NCBI GenBank assembly: GCA_963729375.1
Contig: CAVSNP010000008.1
Span: 164,392 to 228,391 of the forward strand
Direction: 5' to 3'
Source of the DNA: an uncultured Actinomycetes bacterium
Lineage (GTDB): Bacteria; Actinomycetota; Acidimicrobiia; IMCC26256; PALSA-610
Length of the DNA stretch: 64,000 nucleotides
In this document: positions 20,520 to 31,582 of the stretch, piece by piece
Numbering within the stretch: position 1 is the first letter of the stretch
Layout: every line of letters begins with the position of its first letter
Notes under the pieces: model-generated
Told to the model about the DNA's origin: nothing
The model's database searches: none
Seen by the model: the letters and a program-made list of their open reading frames with translations, nothing else
Translations under genes and position numbers: made by a program

Positions 20520-21814
20520 CTACCGGCGGCCGATACCGCTGTACTCGAACCCTCGGCGGCGCATCCCGGCGGGATCGAGCAGGTTCCGGGCATCGACGAT
20601 CGCCGGACGACGCATCGCCGACCGGACACGTTCGAAGTCGAGCCATCGAAACTCTTCCCATTCGGTGAGCAGGGCGACCACATCGGCACCGGCTGATGCT
20701 TCGTAGGCGTCGGGTCGCACGTCGAGCTCCGGCATCACGGCCGCGGCCGCTTCGCCCGCGGCGGGATCGTAGGCACGGACGACCGCGCCTTCTCCCGAAC
20801 AGTTTGCGCGCGACAACCAGCGAGGGTGAATCGCGTAGATCGTCGGTATCGGCCTTGAACGTCAGACCCCACATGCCGACCTCGACGCCGGCGAGCGGCC
20901 GACCGGCCGCGGCCCGGATCTTCTGGACGATGCGATCGTGCTGGCCGCGATTGACGCCGACGACACCCTCGAGAAGCTCGAAGTCGTATCCGGCTCGCGG
21001 CGGTGTGCAGCAACGCGGCAACGTCTTTCGGGAAGCACGATCCACCGAATCCTGGTCCAGGATGCAGAAACTGAAACCCGATCCGCGCGTCGTAGCCCAT
21101 GCCGATCGCGACCTCGCGCACGTCGGCGTCGACCGCCTCACAGAAATTCGCGACCGCGTTGATGAACGAAACCTTCGTCGCCAAGAACGCGTTCGACGCA
21201 TACTTGATCATCTCCGCTGACGCCGGATCGGTCACGAGCACCGGGGCGTGCACACCGCGGTAGAGCTCCGAGACCCGGACCGCCGACTCGGGATCTTCGC
21301 ATCCGATGACGATGCGATCCGGGTGCAGGAAGTCGTGCACCGCTTGACCCTCACGCAAGAACTCGGGATTCGACGCGACCGTCACGTGCTCACGCGGCGT
21401 TCCGGCCTCGGCCAGTACCCGCTGTACGAACCGGGTCGAACCCACCGGAACCGTCGATTTGTTGACGACGACCGCCCTCGGCGAGAGCACCGGCGCGATG
21501 TCGCGTGCCACCCGCTCGACGAAGCTGAGATCGGCCGCGCCGTCGACGCCCTGGGGCGTCTGCACGCACAGGAACACGATGTCGGCCCCACGGGCCGCCA
21601 CGGCCGCGCCGACGACGAACGACAGGCGCTTCGACGCGAGCCCTTCGGCGATGAGCGCCGGGAGGCCGTCCTCGAGGATCGGCACCTCGCCCTTGCGGAG
21701 ACGGGCGACCCGCTCGGCGTCGATGTCTGCACACACGACCTCGTGTCCGAGGTGGGACAGGCATGCGGCTGTAGTGAGGCCGACGTAGCCGGCTCCGACG
21801 ACCGCGATCGTCAT
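20520..21814 (-). CDS. ugd: UDP-glucose 6-dehydrogenase, frameshifted
   Basis: VGAGYVGL, NKSTVPVG, SNPEFLREG, KYASNAFLATK, GFGGSCFPKD, GLTFKADTDDLRDS motifs. Confidence 0.93.
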
Positions 21815-22003
21815 GGGGCTCCGACCTCCGGCCGTACGTCACGGCGCTCGGACTGGATCCCGTCCGGCCGCTGGCGCCGCGCCTGGCTCGTCATACCAGC
21901 TCGAAGATCCGCTGATGGAAACCCACGAGACGTGATGTTAGGGCCGCACCGCGACTTTCTCGGCTCCGGGTCCGGCCGTCGGTGCGTCCCCGACCTGACC
22001 TAG

Positions 22004-23846
22004 GTGGCTGGTGTCGAACGGAGTGATTTCGACTGCGATGGCGGTGCGTTGAGCGGCAAGGGGCTCCTCACTCTGGGCGGGTTGTGGTCGGCTGGGTGCG
22101 ATTGGGTCGATGGTGTCGGCGGTAATCGGTGCGTAGCGGGGTTTGCGGCGTTCTCGGGCGATGGGATCACCCGGTGACCGTCCATCCGGTGGGTGTGGAG
22201 TGCAGGCCGAGGATGGCGAGGCGGGCGAGGTTGGTCGCGGCGGCGAGGAGGTTGAAGTCGGCGTCGACTTTGGGTCGTCCTCGGACGCGGGCTTGTCGTC
22301 CGCCGTGTCGTCGTCGCATGAGGTGCGCGAGTTTGCGTTCGACTTTGGGTCGGTTGGCGCGGTAGTCGGTCTGCCAGTCGGGATCGGCTTGTCGTACACG
22401 GGCGCGGGTGAGTGCCGCTTCGTGGACGTTGATGTAGATGGTGCGGCCACCGGCCGCGTTGGTGCACGTCGCACGTAGCGGGCAGGTGGTGCAGTGCTCG
22501 GCGAAGTACGCGATGCCGTCACCGTTCGCACCGCGTCGGATCGATACAGTCACGGCGGCCGGACAGGTCACGGTGTCGTCGTCGAGATCGACAGCGAAAC
22601 AGTCTTTGGTGAACATGCCGTCCGGTCGTGGTGGGGGTGGTTGGGTCCGACATCCAGACGCGATGTCATGGTCTTCGAGGTGGGCTTGGAACGGGCCGGT
22701 CCCATAGGCGGAGTCGCCGAACACTGTCGCGTCGTCGCAGTTCCCAGTGTCGTCGCGGTTGGCGGTGTCGTCTGTGAGGTCGTCGATGAGATCGGTCGCG
22801 ACGGATGCGTCGCCAGCATTGCCGGGCGTGACGGTCGTGTCGGTGATGATCTCACTGTCGGGATCGACCGCGACATGGGCTTTGTACCCATCGAAGCCGC
22901 GCGCTTGGGTCTTGTGACCGTGACGGGCGTCGGGATCGACAGTGGAAATCACCCGATCCTTGGCGACCTTGCGGGCGATACGGAACCGGCCGTCGTCGCC
23001 GGCCTCGAGGTCCTGACCGACCACCGTCGCCAACAACTCGGCAGCCCGTGTCACCTCCGGTCCGAGATCGAGATCATCGAGCACCGCCAAACATGCCGAA
23101 CGCGTCGGCCGCGAGTTCAGCGACGAGGTGTTCGCGGGCGACACGATCGTCCCAATCACACGATGGTTTGCCGCCCGAGGCGTAGTCATCGTCGCGGTGT
23201 AACACGCCCCGCAACTCGGTTTCCAGCGCCGCGTCGGCGGCGGCGAGGAGCTGACGGATCGCGGAACGGATCATCGTGACCGTGTCTTGGGTCGCGACCG
23301 CGTCATACAACGGTGTCGAATCCAACACCCGCTTCGGGGACACGACCCCAGCTCGACGGGCCGCGTCCAAACTCACCTCGAAAATACGGCGGGGCCGATC
23401 CGAACGAGCAAGTCGGGCTCGCATATCAACCAACACCGTGTGCACGAACCCCGGATAATCGAAGTCCAACCCGCCACACGCATACTTCCAACGCGCGTCG
23501 AACTCGAACGCCTCGACCGCCTCCCGATCCGTCAGACCCAACAGCCGTTGCAACACCATCACCGTCGCCACGATCCGCGGCGGCACCGACCGCCGGCCCG
23601 TCGCCGTGAACAGATCAGCGAACAGTTCATCCGGGAACAGCACATGACACTCGCGGTGCAACCACGCCCAGATCGAGTCGTCGCCCACCCGACCACCCAC
23701 AAAACCAGCTGTGCCCTTCATCAGGCCAGCCTGCCTCGGTGCCAGACCCAACGTCACCGCAACCACCCAAAAAAGCCCATACCAGCGATTATCCCGGAAT
23801 CCCACACCAATCGCGAGCACTCACACCCGCGAAAAACACCAGCCAC
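22004..23846 (-). mobile_element. IS1182-family insertion sequence with 11-bp terminal inverted repeats and CTAG target duplication
   Basis: Left end ctag|gtggctggtgt (22000-22014); right end acaccagccac|ctag (23836-23850); encloses a transposase. Confidence 0.9.
22167..23757 (-). CDS. IS1182-family DDE transposase, frameshift near 23085
   Basis: GRRSVPP...LTDREAVE...DARWKYA (DUF772-like), VLDSTP, ISTVDPDARHGHK, GYKAH, GDSAYG, RPKVERK motifs. Confidence 0.9.
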
Positions 23847-25250
23847 CTAGCAGCCCGCAAGGGGCATGGCCCCGCCCGGGTTGGCGTCCGGTCCGGTGGT
23901 CGTCGTCACGCGGGCCGCCGCCGGGTGCGAGGTCGTGGGGGCACCCGGAATCGTGACCTGCCGGAAGTCCTGGCCGAGCACGACCACGACGTCGAGTCCG
24001 GCCGGGACCGATGGGAGCTCGACCAACCGGCCCGCGCCGCCCAAAAACGCGAGCACCAGACGCGCTTTGGTCTGCGCGCCGGGCGGGTATCGGACCTCGG
24101 TCACGGCGTAGTCGGAGCGATCGGCGTCAGATGCGGGCGCACCGATCTTGAACCGGTCGGTGCGCAGGCGGCTCAGCGCCTCGGCGGCGGCACCGGTCAC
24201 GCCGGAGCCGTTCTCGACGGTCAGCCGGACCGTGGTGGGCGAAATCTTGGGCACCGCCGTGTTCAGCGCCGGCGCGCCGCGCAGCCGGGCGAGGATCGGC
24301 GCAGCTTGACCTGTGTCGAGCAGCAACACGCTCTGGCTGTCGACGAACGACGGAGCTGCCGGCAGCGTGTACATCGGGAAATCGTTGGGGTTCGTGTCGC
24401 GGAACGCGAGCACGAGTGCGCGCAGGTCGGACGCGTTGAGCAGTGCGTCGCGGGTGAGGCTCGCGACTGTCTTGTCCAGGACCGAGTTGACGCGCAGCGG
24501 ATGCGCGAGCACGGTCTTGATCGCGGCCCGTGAAAGGGAGCGAATGAAGTACTGCTGACGCTGAATCCGTCCGAGGTCGGAGGTCGGGTCATCTTGCCAT
24601 CGTCCGTCGGCGTAGTACTGGTAGTAGCGGGAACGCACGTACGCGAGCGCTTGCGAGCCGGAGAGATCGTGACATCCGGCCGTTGCGATCGCGAGGCCGC
24701 TGTTCTTGTCGCGGGCCGGCGCCGGGAAGTAGATCGGGACGGTCCCGATCGCGTTCACGATGTCGCGGAAACCCTCGAAGTCGACTTCGAGGTAGTGGCT
24801 GATCGGGACGCCGAAGTCCTGCTCGATGGTCTTGATCGTGAGCTGCGCGCCGCCGTAGGCGAACGCGGCGTTGATCTTGGCGCTGCCGTGTCCGGGGATC
24901 GGTACCCACAGGTCACGCGGAAACGACACCAACACGCCGGTGCGTCCTCCGGGGTCGAGATGCGCGACCATGATCGTGTCGGAACGTTGTCCGGTCTGGC
25001 TCTGCTTGCTCCCGAATGCCTCTGCGTCGGCTTTCGTGTCGACGAACGCGCGTGTGTCAGAGCCGATGATCAAATAGTTGCCGCCGGCACGCAGCAGGCT
25101 CACAGGAATGTCGGCCGTTTGAATCTGCGCGACTTTGGTGTCTTCGACGTGCAGGACCGCCACCCACAGCGCGGTGGTCGTCACACAGCAGATGAGGAGC
25201 GCGACGAGCAGCCGATGCCCGAACGCACGCAACGACAACGGACGCGTCAT
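23847..25250 (-). CDS. LCP (LytR-CpsA-Psr) glycopolymer ligase with LytR_C domain
   Basis: LIIGSDTR, RSDTIMV, SFPRDLWV, KINAAF, YVRSR, DLGRIQRQQ and VENGSGVTG motifs. Confidence 0.95.
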   Translation of the reverse strand: MTRPLSLRAFGHRLLVALLICCVTTTALWVAVLHVEDTKVAQIQTADIPVSLLRAGGNYLIIGSDTRAFVDTKADAEAFGSKQSQTGQRSDTIMVAHLDPGGRTGVLVSFPRDLWVPIPGHGSAKINAAFAYGGAQLTIKTIEQDFGVPISHYLEVDFEGFRDIVNAIGTVPIYFPAPARDKNSGLAIATAGCHDLSGSQALAYVRSRYYQYYADGRWQDDPTSDLGRIQRQQYFIRSLSRAAIKTVLAHPLRVNSVLDKTVASLTRDALLNASDLRALVLAFRDTNPNDFPMYTLPAAPSFVDSQSVLLLDTGQAAPILARLRGAPALNTAVPKISPTTVRLTVENGSGVTGAAAEALSRLRTDRFKIGAPASDADRSDYAVTEVRYPPGAQTKARLVLAFLGGAGRLVELPSVPAGLDVVVVLGQDFRQVTIPGAPTTSHPAAARVTTTTGPDANPGGAMPLAGC

Positions 25251-25618
25251 GGGGAGCTACGACCCTAGCGACAGCTGTCGTGGCTGTCGCGCATCCGGCG
25301 AGGGTGTGCGGACATCGCCAGCAGAACCCGGTCCTGCGTCGCGGCCGGACCGTCCTGTCGGTCGGCTGTGACGTCGTGCCGTCGTCGACGTGCGGCTCGG
25401 GTCGACCACATGCATGTCGGGTGGTGCTCACCCGAACCGTCGTTGCGGGCAGGCGCGGTGGCTGCGAAGCCCGCCCGTTTCGGATGCTCGCCCTGCAACG
25501 ACCTGTCTGCGCTCACGGTCCGGCTGGCCGACTCCACGATCGTCGATGGCCTCGCGTCGTCGACGAAGGTGAGGACTGTCGTTCGGTCGGTGACGACTCG
25601 GTGTTCTTCGGGGCTGGG

Positions 25619-26768
25619 TCAATCCACGGGAAGACCGAGATCTCGAGCGACGATCAACCGTTGGATCTCGCTGGTTCCTTCGCCGATCTCGAGGATCTTG
25701 GCGTCGCGGTAGAAACGGCTGACCGGCGTTTCGTCGATGTAGCCGTAGCCGCCGTGAATCTGCACTGCGTCGCGAGTCGCGTTGACCGCGATCTCGCTCG
25801 AGTACAGCTTGGCCATCGCCGATGCCTTCCGGATTGGGAGGCCCCGATCGTGCATGCACGCGGCCTTGTAGGTGAGATTGCGGGCGTTCTCCACCGCGAC
25901 TGCCATGTCGGCACATTTGAACGCGATCGATTGGTAACGACCGATCGGACCACCGAACGCTCGACGCTGTCGCGCGTAGGAGACGGACAGCGTCGAGACA
26001 ACCTTGCGCGAGACCCACCGCGAGCGCGGCGATCGCGATGCGGCCCTCGTCGAGAATGCGCAGAAACGTTTTGAATCCCTCGCCACGCGTGCCGAGCAGC
26101 TGGCCTTCCCGGACGCGACAGCCGTCGAACACGAGCTCGTGGGTGTCGGACGCGTGCCATCCCATCTTGCGGTATGGGGCCATGACCGTGAAACCGGGCG
26201 TCCCGGCGTCGACGACAATGTTCGAGATCTCGTTGTCGTTCGTGCGCGCGGTGATCGTGACACACTTCGTGATCGGAGTCCCGGAGTTGGTGATGAACGT
26301 CTTTTGGCCGTCGATCACCCACTCCCCTGCCGCTCCGTCGAGCAGGGCCCGAGTGCGGGTTGCGCCCGCGTCGGAACCGGCTTCGGCTTCGGTCAGGCCG
26401 AACGCGCCGAGTACCTCCCCCGCGATCATCGGTACGAGATATTCCTGTTTTTGCGCTTCGGTGCCCGAATAGAAGAACGGCGCCGCGCCCAAGCTGACAC
26501 CCGCTTCGAGCGTGATCGCCATCGACGCGTCGACCCGCGCCAACTCCTCGACCGCGAGGCAGTAGGTCAGGTAGTCGGCGCCGCCGCCTCCGTACTCGTG
26601 TGGGAATGGGAGCCCGAACAGGCCCAAGCGCCCCATGGCAAGGACGGTGTCGACCGGGAACGTGTGATCGCGGTCCCAGTCGGCAGCGTGGGGCGCGATC
26701 TCGGCTGTCGCGAAGTCACGGACGACGCCGCGAAACTGCTCTTGCTCCGGGCTGAGATCGAACTCCAC
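25619..26768 (-). CDS. Acyl-CoA dehydrogenase, frameshift near 25990
   Basis: [46 protein letters not shown] motifs. Confidence 0.93.
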
Positions 26769-26804
26769 GGTCTGACCGTACCCGCGTCCAGTACCGTTTC
26801 GCAC

Positions 26805-28086
26805 GTGCGCGCAACCGCGCCGATTCGTCCGGCCTCAGTCCTGCGCCATCTGCCGTCGCGGCGCGGCTTCGCGGTCGTGCGAGACGGTTCAAGCACGGTC
26901 ATCGCCAGCGCACCGGACGCCGTGCGGACGGCCAGTGGGATATCGGCGTTCGACGTGCTGCAAGAAGTCGACGCCGGCGGATTCTGGATCGGGTTCTCCG
27001 CGTACGATCTCGGGCGCTCGATCGAACGCATTCGCCCGAGCACACCCGACGACCTGCACCTGCCCGACGTCGCGTTCGCGCGCTACGACGCGCGGCTCGT
27101 CATGCACGACGACGGTGAGCTCGAACTGACCGGCGATCGTGGCGGTCGAGCGCGACTCGCGGCGGCCGTGCGCGCCGCCGAGCGCGATCGGTTCGAGCGG
27201 GCGACACCCATGCTCGGCTCTTGGACGTCGAGCCTCGACCGCGTCGACCACGCGCAGGCGTGCGCACGGGTCCTGGAGTTGTTGCGCGCCGGCGAGTGCT
27301 ATCAGGTGAACCTGACGCGACGGCTGACCGCATCCGGACTGACCGATCCCATCTCGCTGTACGACGCGCTCGCGTGCGCCAATCCGGCGCCGCACTCGAG
27401 CCTGTGCACGTTCGGCACCGACGCCGGTGTCGACATCGACGTCGTGTCGGCGTCGCCCGAGCTGTTCTTGCGCATCGAGCCGTCCGCGGCCGGCCGTCGT
27501 ATCGAAACCCGACCGATCAAAGGCACCGCGGCCGACATCTGCACTCTCGCGGCGAGCGCCAAGGATCACGCCGAAAACGTCATGATCGTCGATCTGGCCC
27601 GCAACGACCTCGGCCGCGTGTGCGAGTTCGGCTCGGTTCGAGTTCCGCAGCTCTGCACGATCGAGCGTCATCCCGGCCTCTATCACCTGGTCAGCACGGT
27701 CACGGGGGTGCTCCGCCCGGACGTCGGCCTCGCGGATGTCGTGCGCGGCGACGTTCCCACCTGCGTCGGTCACCGGCGCGCCCAAACCGCGGGTCATGCA
27801 GGCGATCGAAGATCTCGAGCCGGTCCGGCGAGGCGTCTACTGCGGTGCGGTCGGTTGGGTCGACGCCGACGCCGGTCGGGCCGAGCTCTCGGTCGCGATC
27901 CGCACCTTCACGATCACGGGCACGACGCAGGACCGGCGGACCCAGCTCGGTGTCGGCGGCGGCATCGTTGCCGACTCGAACCCCGACGACGAGTGGGCCG
28001 AAACCGAATTGAAAGCGGCGCGGCTCCTTGCCGCCGTCGGTAGTACCACGAAGCCGGTCGCGGCGAGCGGAGCTCCGACGCGGTGA
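26805..28086 (+). CDS. pabB: Aminodeoxychorismate synthase / anthranilate synthase component I family, frameshifted
   Basis: GECYQVNL, SPELF, RPIKGT, AENVMIVDLARNDL, TFPPASVTGAPK, VGGGIVADS motifs. Confidence 0.8.
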
Positions 28087-28919
28087 TCATCTGGATGAAT
28101 GGCGCGCTCATGCCGTTGCAGGACGCGTCGGTGTCGCCTCTCGATCACGGCCTCGTCGTCGGCGACGGCGTGTTCGAGACGTTGCGCACGTACCGCGGCG
28201 TGCCGTTCGCCTGGACGCGACATGCCGAACGTTTGCATACGTCGGCTCAAGGCCTCGGCCTCGACGCGCCCGACACCCCGCCGCTGCGCGCCGCGGTCGA
28301 TGATGTCCTCGCAGCCAACGAACTCACCGAGGCGCGGATTCGTATCACCGTCACCGGTGGCCCCGCGCCGCCGGGATCGCGGCGGGCGTCGGTGCCTCCG
28401 ACCGTGATCGTCGTGGCATTCGAGCTCGAACCGGTCGCACCGCAACTCGACGTCATGATCGTGCCGTGGACGCGCAACGAACGGGGCGCGCTCGCCGGCC
28501 TCAAGACGATCTCCTACGCCGAGAACGTGCGGGCCCTCGCCTACGCTGAAGCGCACGGCGCCCAGGAGGCCATCTTCGCGAATACTCGAGGAAACCTCTG
28601 CGAAGCGACCGGATCGAACGTGTTCCTCACCGTCGGCGGGCAGTGCTTCACCCCGGCCGTGTCGGCCGGTTGCCTCGATGGCGTGACTCGCCAACTGCTT
28701 GTCGAGGTCGCGCACCAGCTCGGCGTCTCAATCGCGCAGGACGACGTTCCCCTCGACGCGTTGCGCCACGCCGACGAGGCGTTCGTCTCGTCGACCACCC
28801 GCGGGGTGCAACCCATCGCAACAGTCGACGGCGTTGCGCTGCCCGTGGTGTCCGGTCCGGTCACACAGCGGTTGGCCGCCGGGTTCGCTGAGCTCGTCGA
28901 TCGCGACCTCGACCCGTGA
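28083..28919 (+). CDS. Class IV aminotransferase / aminodeoxychorismate lyase-like
   Basis: GDGVFETLR, GLKTISY (PLP lysine), EATGSNVF, LDGVTR motifs; GTGA overlap with pabB. Confidence 0.88.
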   Translation: MIIWMNGALMPLQDASVSPLDHGLVVGDGVFETLRTYRGVPFAWTRHAERLHTSAQGLGLDAPDTPPLRAAVDDVLAANELTEARIRITVTGGPAPPGSRRASVPPTVIVVAFELEPVAPQLDVMIVPWTRNERGALAGLKTISYAENVRALAYAEAHGAQEAIFANTRGNLCEATGSNVFLTVGGQCFTPAVSAGCLDGVTRQLLVEVAHQLGVSIAQDDVPLDALRHADEAFVSSTTRGVQPIATVDGVALPVVSGPVTQRLAAGFAELVDRDLDP

Positions 28920-28935
28920 ATCCGACGGCCACGCC

Positions 28936-29706
28936 TCAAGCCTTGCGGAGATGGATGACGTCACCGGCGGTGACGATCTGCTCGGAACCGTCGTCGGTCA
29001 GGATCACGAGGAAGCCGTCGTCGGTCAGACGCGACGCGGTCCCGCACACCTGATCGCGCGCCAGTTCGACGCGTACGCGTCGACCCAGCGTTGCCGACCG
29101 CGCCGCGGCTGCCGCGACCACCCCGGACATGTCATCGATCTGCGCGTCGAGCGCTCGCAGCCATGCGACGAGCAACTCTGACCGGTCCACCCGGCGGTCG
29201 GCGAGCAGATCGACCGAGGTCGCGACATCCGACAGCTGCGCCGTACACACGTCGGCGCGTACGTTCATGCCCATACCGACCACGACGGCTCCGGCACAGT
29301 CGCCCTCGGCGAGGATTCCGGCGAGCTTGCGATCGTCGACCACGACGTCGTTCGGCCACTTCACCCCGGCGTCGAACCCGCCGACGCTGCGAACTGCGTC
29401 GATCGCCGCGACCGCGGCCGCCAAGGTGACGAGGTGCATCTTCTCGGATGGCAGCTGCGGCCGGAGCAGGACTGAGACGAGCAACGCGGCCCCGGGCTGC
29501 GCGGTCCAGGTGCGCCCGTGACGGCCTCGACCGGCGGTCTGCTCGTCGGCCACCGCGACCACTCCCGGTGCGGCATTTCGCTGGGCCAGCAGGTACCGGT
29601 TCGTCGAGTCGATGCAGCTGAACCAGCGGATGTCACCGAATCGTGTGTCGACGAGCTGGCTGGCAACGTCGGGCGCCGGGCTCCAGGTGGCGGGGACATC
29701 CGGCAT
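28936..29706 (-). CDS. birA: Biotin-[acetyl-CoA-carboxylase] ligase (no N-terminal HTH)
   Basis: IDSTN, QTAGRGRHGRTW, KWPND, RKLAGIL motifs. Confidence 0.94.
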   Translation of the reverse strand: MPDVPATWSPAPDVASQLVDTRFGDIRWFSCIDSTNRYLLAQRNAAPGVVAVADEQTAGRGRHGRTWTAQPGAALLVSVLLRPQLPSEKMHLVTLAAAVAAIDAVRSVGGFDAGVKWPNDVVVDDRKLAGILAEGDCAGAVVVGMGMNVRADVCTAQLSDVATSVDLLADRRVDRSELLVAWLRALDAQIDDMSGVVAAAAARSATLGRRVRVELARDQVCGTASRLTDDGFLVILTDDGSEQIVTAGDVIHLRKA

Positions 29707-29752
29707 CGCCCGTAGGATACGGCGCTTCGTAGGCCGGTCGAAGGGCGCAAGG

Positions 29753-31513
29753 TTGCTGCAAAAGATCCTGATCGCGAACCGCGGAGAGATCGCGATCCGC
29801 GTCATGCGGACGTGTCGTGAGCTCGGTGTCGCGACCGTCGCGGTGTACTCCGAGCTCGATCGCGATGCCGCGCACGTGCGCTACGCCGACGAGGCGTACG
29901 CGCTCGGCGGCCAGACCGCGGCCGAGAGTTACCTCAACACCGAGGCGATCATCCACGCGATCACCGTGTCCGGCGCTGACGGCGTCCATCCAGGCTACGG
30001 CTTTTTCTCCGAGAACGCCGATTTCGCGCGGGCGGTCACCACCGATGGTGTCACGTGGATCGGTCCGCCGCCCGAAGCGATCGAGATCATGGGCGACAAG
30101 ATCTCGTCGCGCCTCGCCGCGGCGCGAAGCGACGTGGAAAGCGTGCCTGGCACGACGACGCCGATCACCGACGCGAGCCAAATCGCCGAGTTCGGAAACA
30201 TGTACGGATATCCGATCGCGATCAAGGCGGCGTACGGTGGAGGCGGCCGCGGCATGAAGGTCGTCGCCCGTGCTGAGGATGCGGAGTCGGCGTTCGCGTC
30301 GGCGGCGCGCGAGGCGCAGGCGTACTTCGGCCGTGCCGAGTGCTACATGGAGCGATACCTCACCCGGCCTCGTCACGTCGAGCTCCAGATCTTCATCGAT
30401 TCCCACGGCAACGGTGTCTATGTGAGCGACCGCGATTGTTCGGCGCAGCGCCGGCACCAGAAACTGATCGAAGAAGCGCCCGCACCGCAGATCCCGGCCG
30501 ACACGCGCCGCGCGATGGGCGAAGCAGCCGTGAAGGTCGCACTCGGTTGCGGTTATGTGAACGCGGGTACGGTCGAGATGCTGTTCCAGGACGGCGAGTT
30601 TTTCTTCCTCGAGATGAACACTCGCTTGCAGGTCGAACACTGCGTGACCGAAGAGATCACGGGGCTCGATCTCGTCGCCGAGCAGCTGCGCGTCGCTGCT
30701 GGTGAGCCGCTTTCGTTCACGCAGAAGTCGCTCGAGCACCGCGGCCATTCGATCGAATGTCGCATCAATGCCGAGGATCCGTCGCGCAACTTCATGCCGT
30801 CACCGGGCACGATCGCACGTCTGCGCCTGCCGTCAGGTCCCGGGGTGCGTTGGGACGGCGGCTACCACGAGGGCGACACGATTTCGCAGTACTACGACAA
30901 CCTCATCGGGAAGTTGATCGTGTGGGCACCGGATCGCGACCGCGCCATCGAACGGATGCTCCGCGCCCTTGACGAGTTCGAGATCGACGGGGTACGTACG
31001 ACGATCCCCGCGCATCGAGTGCTGCTCGCCCACGACGACTTCCGTGCGGTACGCCACTCGACCAAATGGGTGGAAGACGAAGTCGACTCGTCGCAATTCG
31101 CGGCGCCGACGACCAGGCCCGTCGCCGAGCAGGCCGACGACGACGGCGACGCACTCGTCGAACGCACCGTACCTGTCGAGGTCGACGGCAAGAGGTTCTC
31201 GGTACGGGTGTGGCTGCCCCAGACGTCTCCTGCGACCGCTCCGCCCGTCGGCCGGGCCCGGCCGAAGCCGATCGCGACGAGTTCGGGGACCGCCAGCGGC
31301 GACGGCACCGTGAGCGCGCCGATGCAGGGAACGATCGTGCAAGTCCTGGTCGAGGTGGGCGCCACCGTGGAGGTCGGCCAGGCGATCCTCGTGCTCGAGG
31401 CTATGAAGATGGAAAACCACATCTCCGCAACCCGTGCCGGAACCGTCGGCGAGATCCGCGTCGCGGCCGGCGATTCGGTCGGCGCCGGCGACGTGATGGC
31501 CGTCATCGTCTGA
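29753..31513 (+). CDS. accA: Acyl-CoA carboxylase alpha subunit (biotin carboxylase + BCCP)
   Basis: KILIANRGEIA, HPGYGF, GGGGRGM, EMNTRLQVEH motifs; EAMKM biotinylation site. Confidence 0.93.
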   Translation: MLQKILIANRGEIAIRVMRTCRELGVATVAVYSELDRDAAHVRYADEAYALGGQTAAESYLNTEAIIHAITVSGADGVHPGYGFFSENADFARAVTTDGVTWIGPPPEAIEIMGDKISSRLAAARSDVESVPGTTTPITDASQIAEFGNMYGYPIAIKAAYGGGGRGMKVVARAEDAESAFASAAREAQAYFGRAECYMERYLTRPRHVELQIFIDSHGNGVYVSDRDCSAQRRHQKLIEEAPAPQIPADTRRAMGEAAVKVALGCGYVNAGTVEMLFQDGEFFFLEMNTRLQVEHCVTEEITGLDLVAEQLRVAAGEPLSFTQKSLEHRGHSIECRINAEDPSRNFMPSPGTIARLRLPSGPGVRWDGGYHEGDTISQYYDNLIGKLIVWAPDRDRAIERMLRALDEFEIDGVRTTIPAHRVLLAHDDFRAVRHSTKWVEDEVDSSQFAAPTTRPVAEQADDDGDALVERTVPVEVDGKRFSVRVWLPQTSPATAPPVGRARPKPIATSSGTASGDGTVSAPMQGTIVQVLVEVGATVEVGQAILVLEAMKMENHISATRAGTVGEIRVAAGDSVGAGDVMAVIV

Positions 31514-31582
31514 AACTGCGTCGGCGCGTCTGGCCTCAACAAATCGTGCGGGTCGGGGACGCGTCGGTGCCAAGATCGGGGG

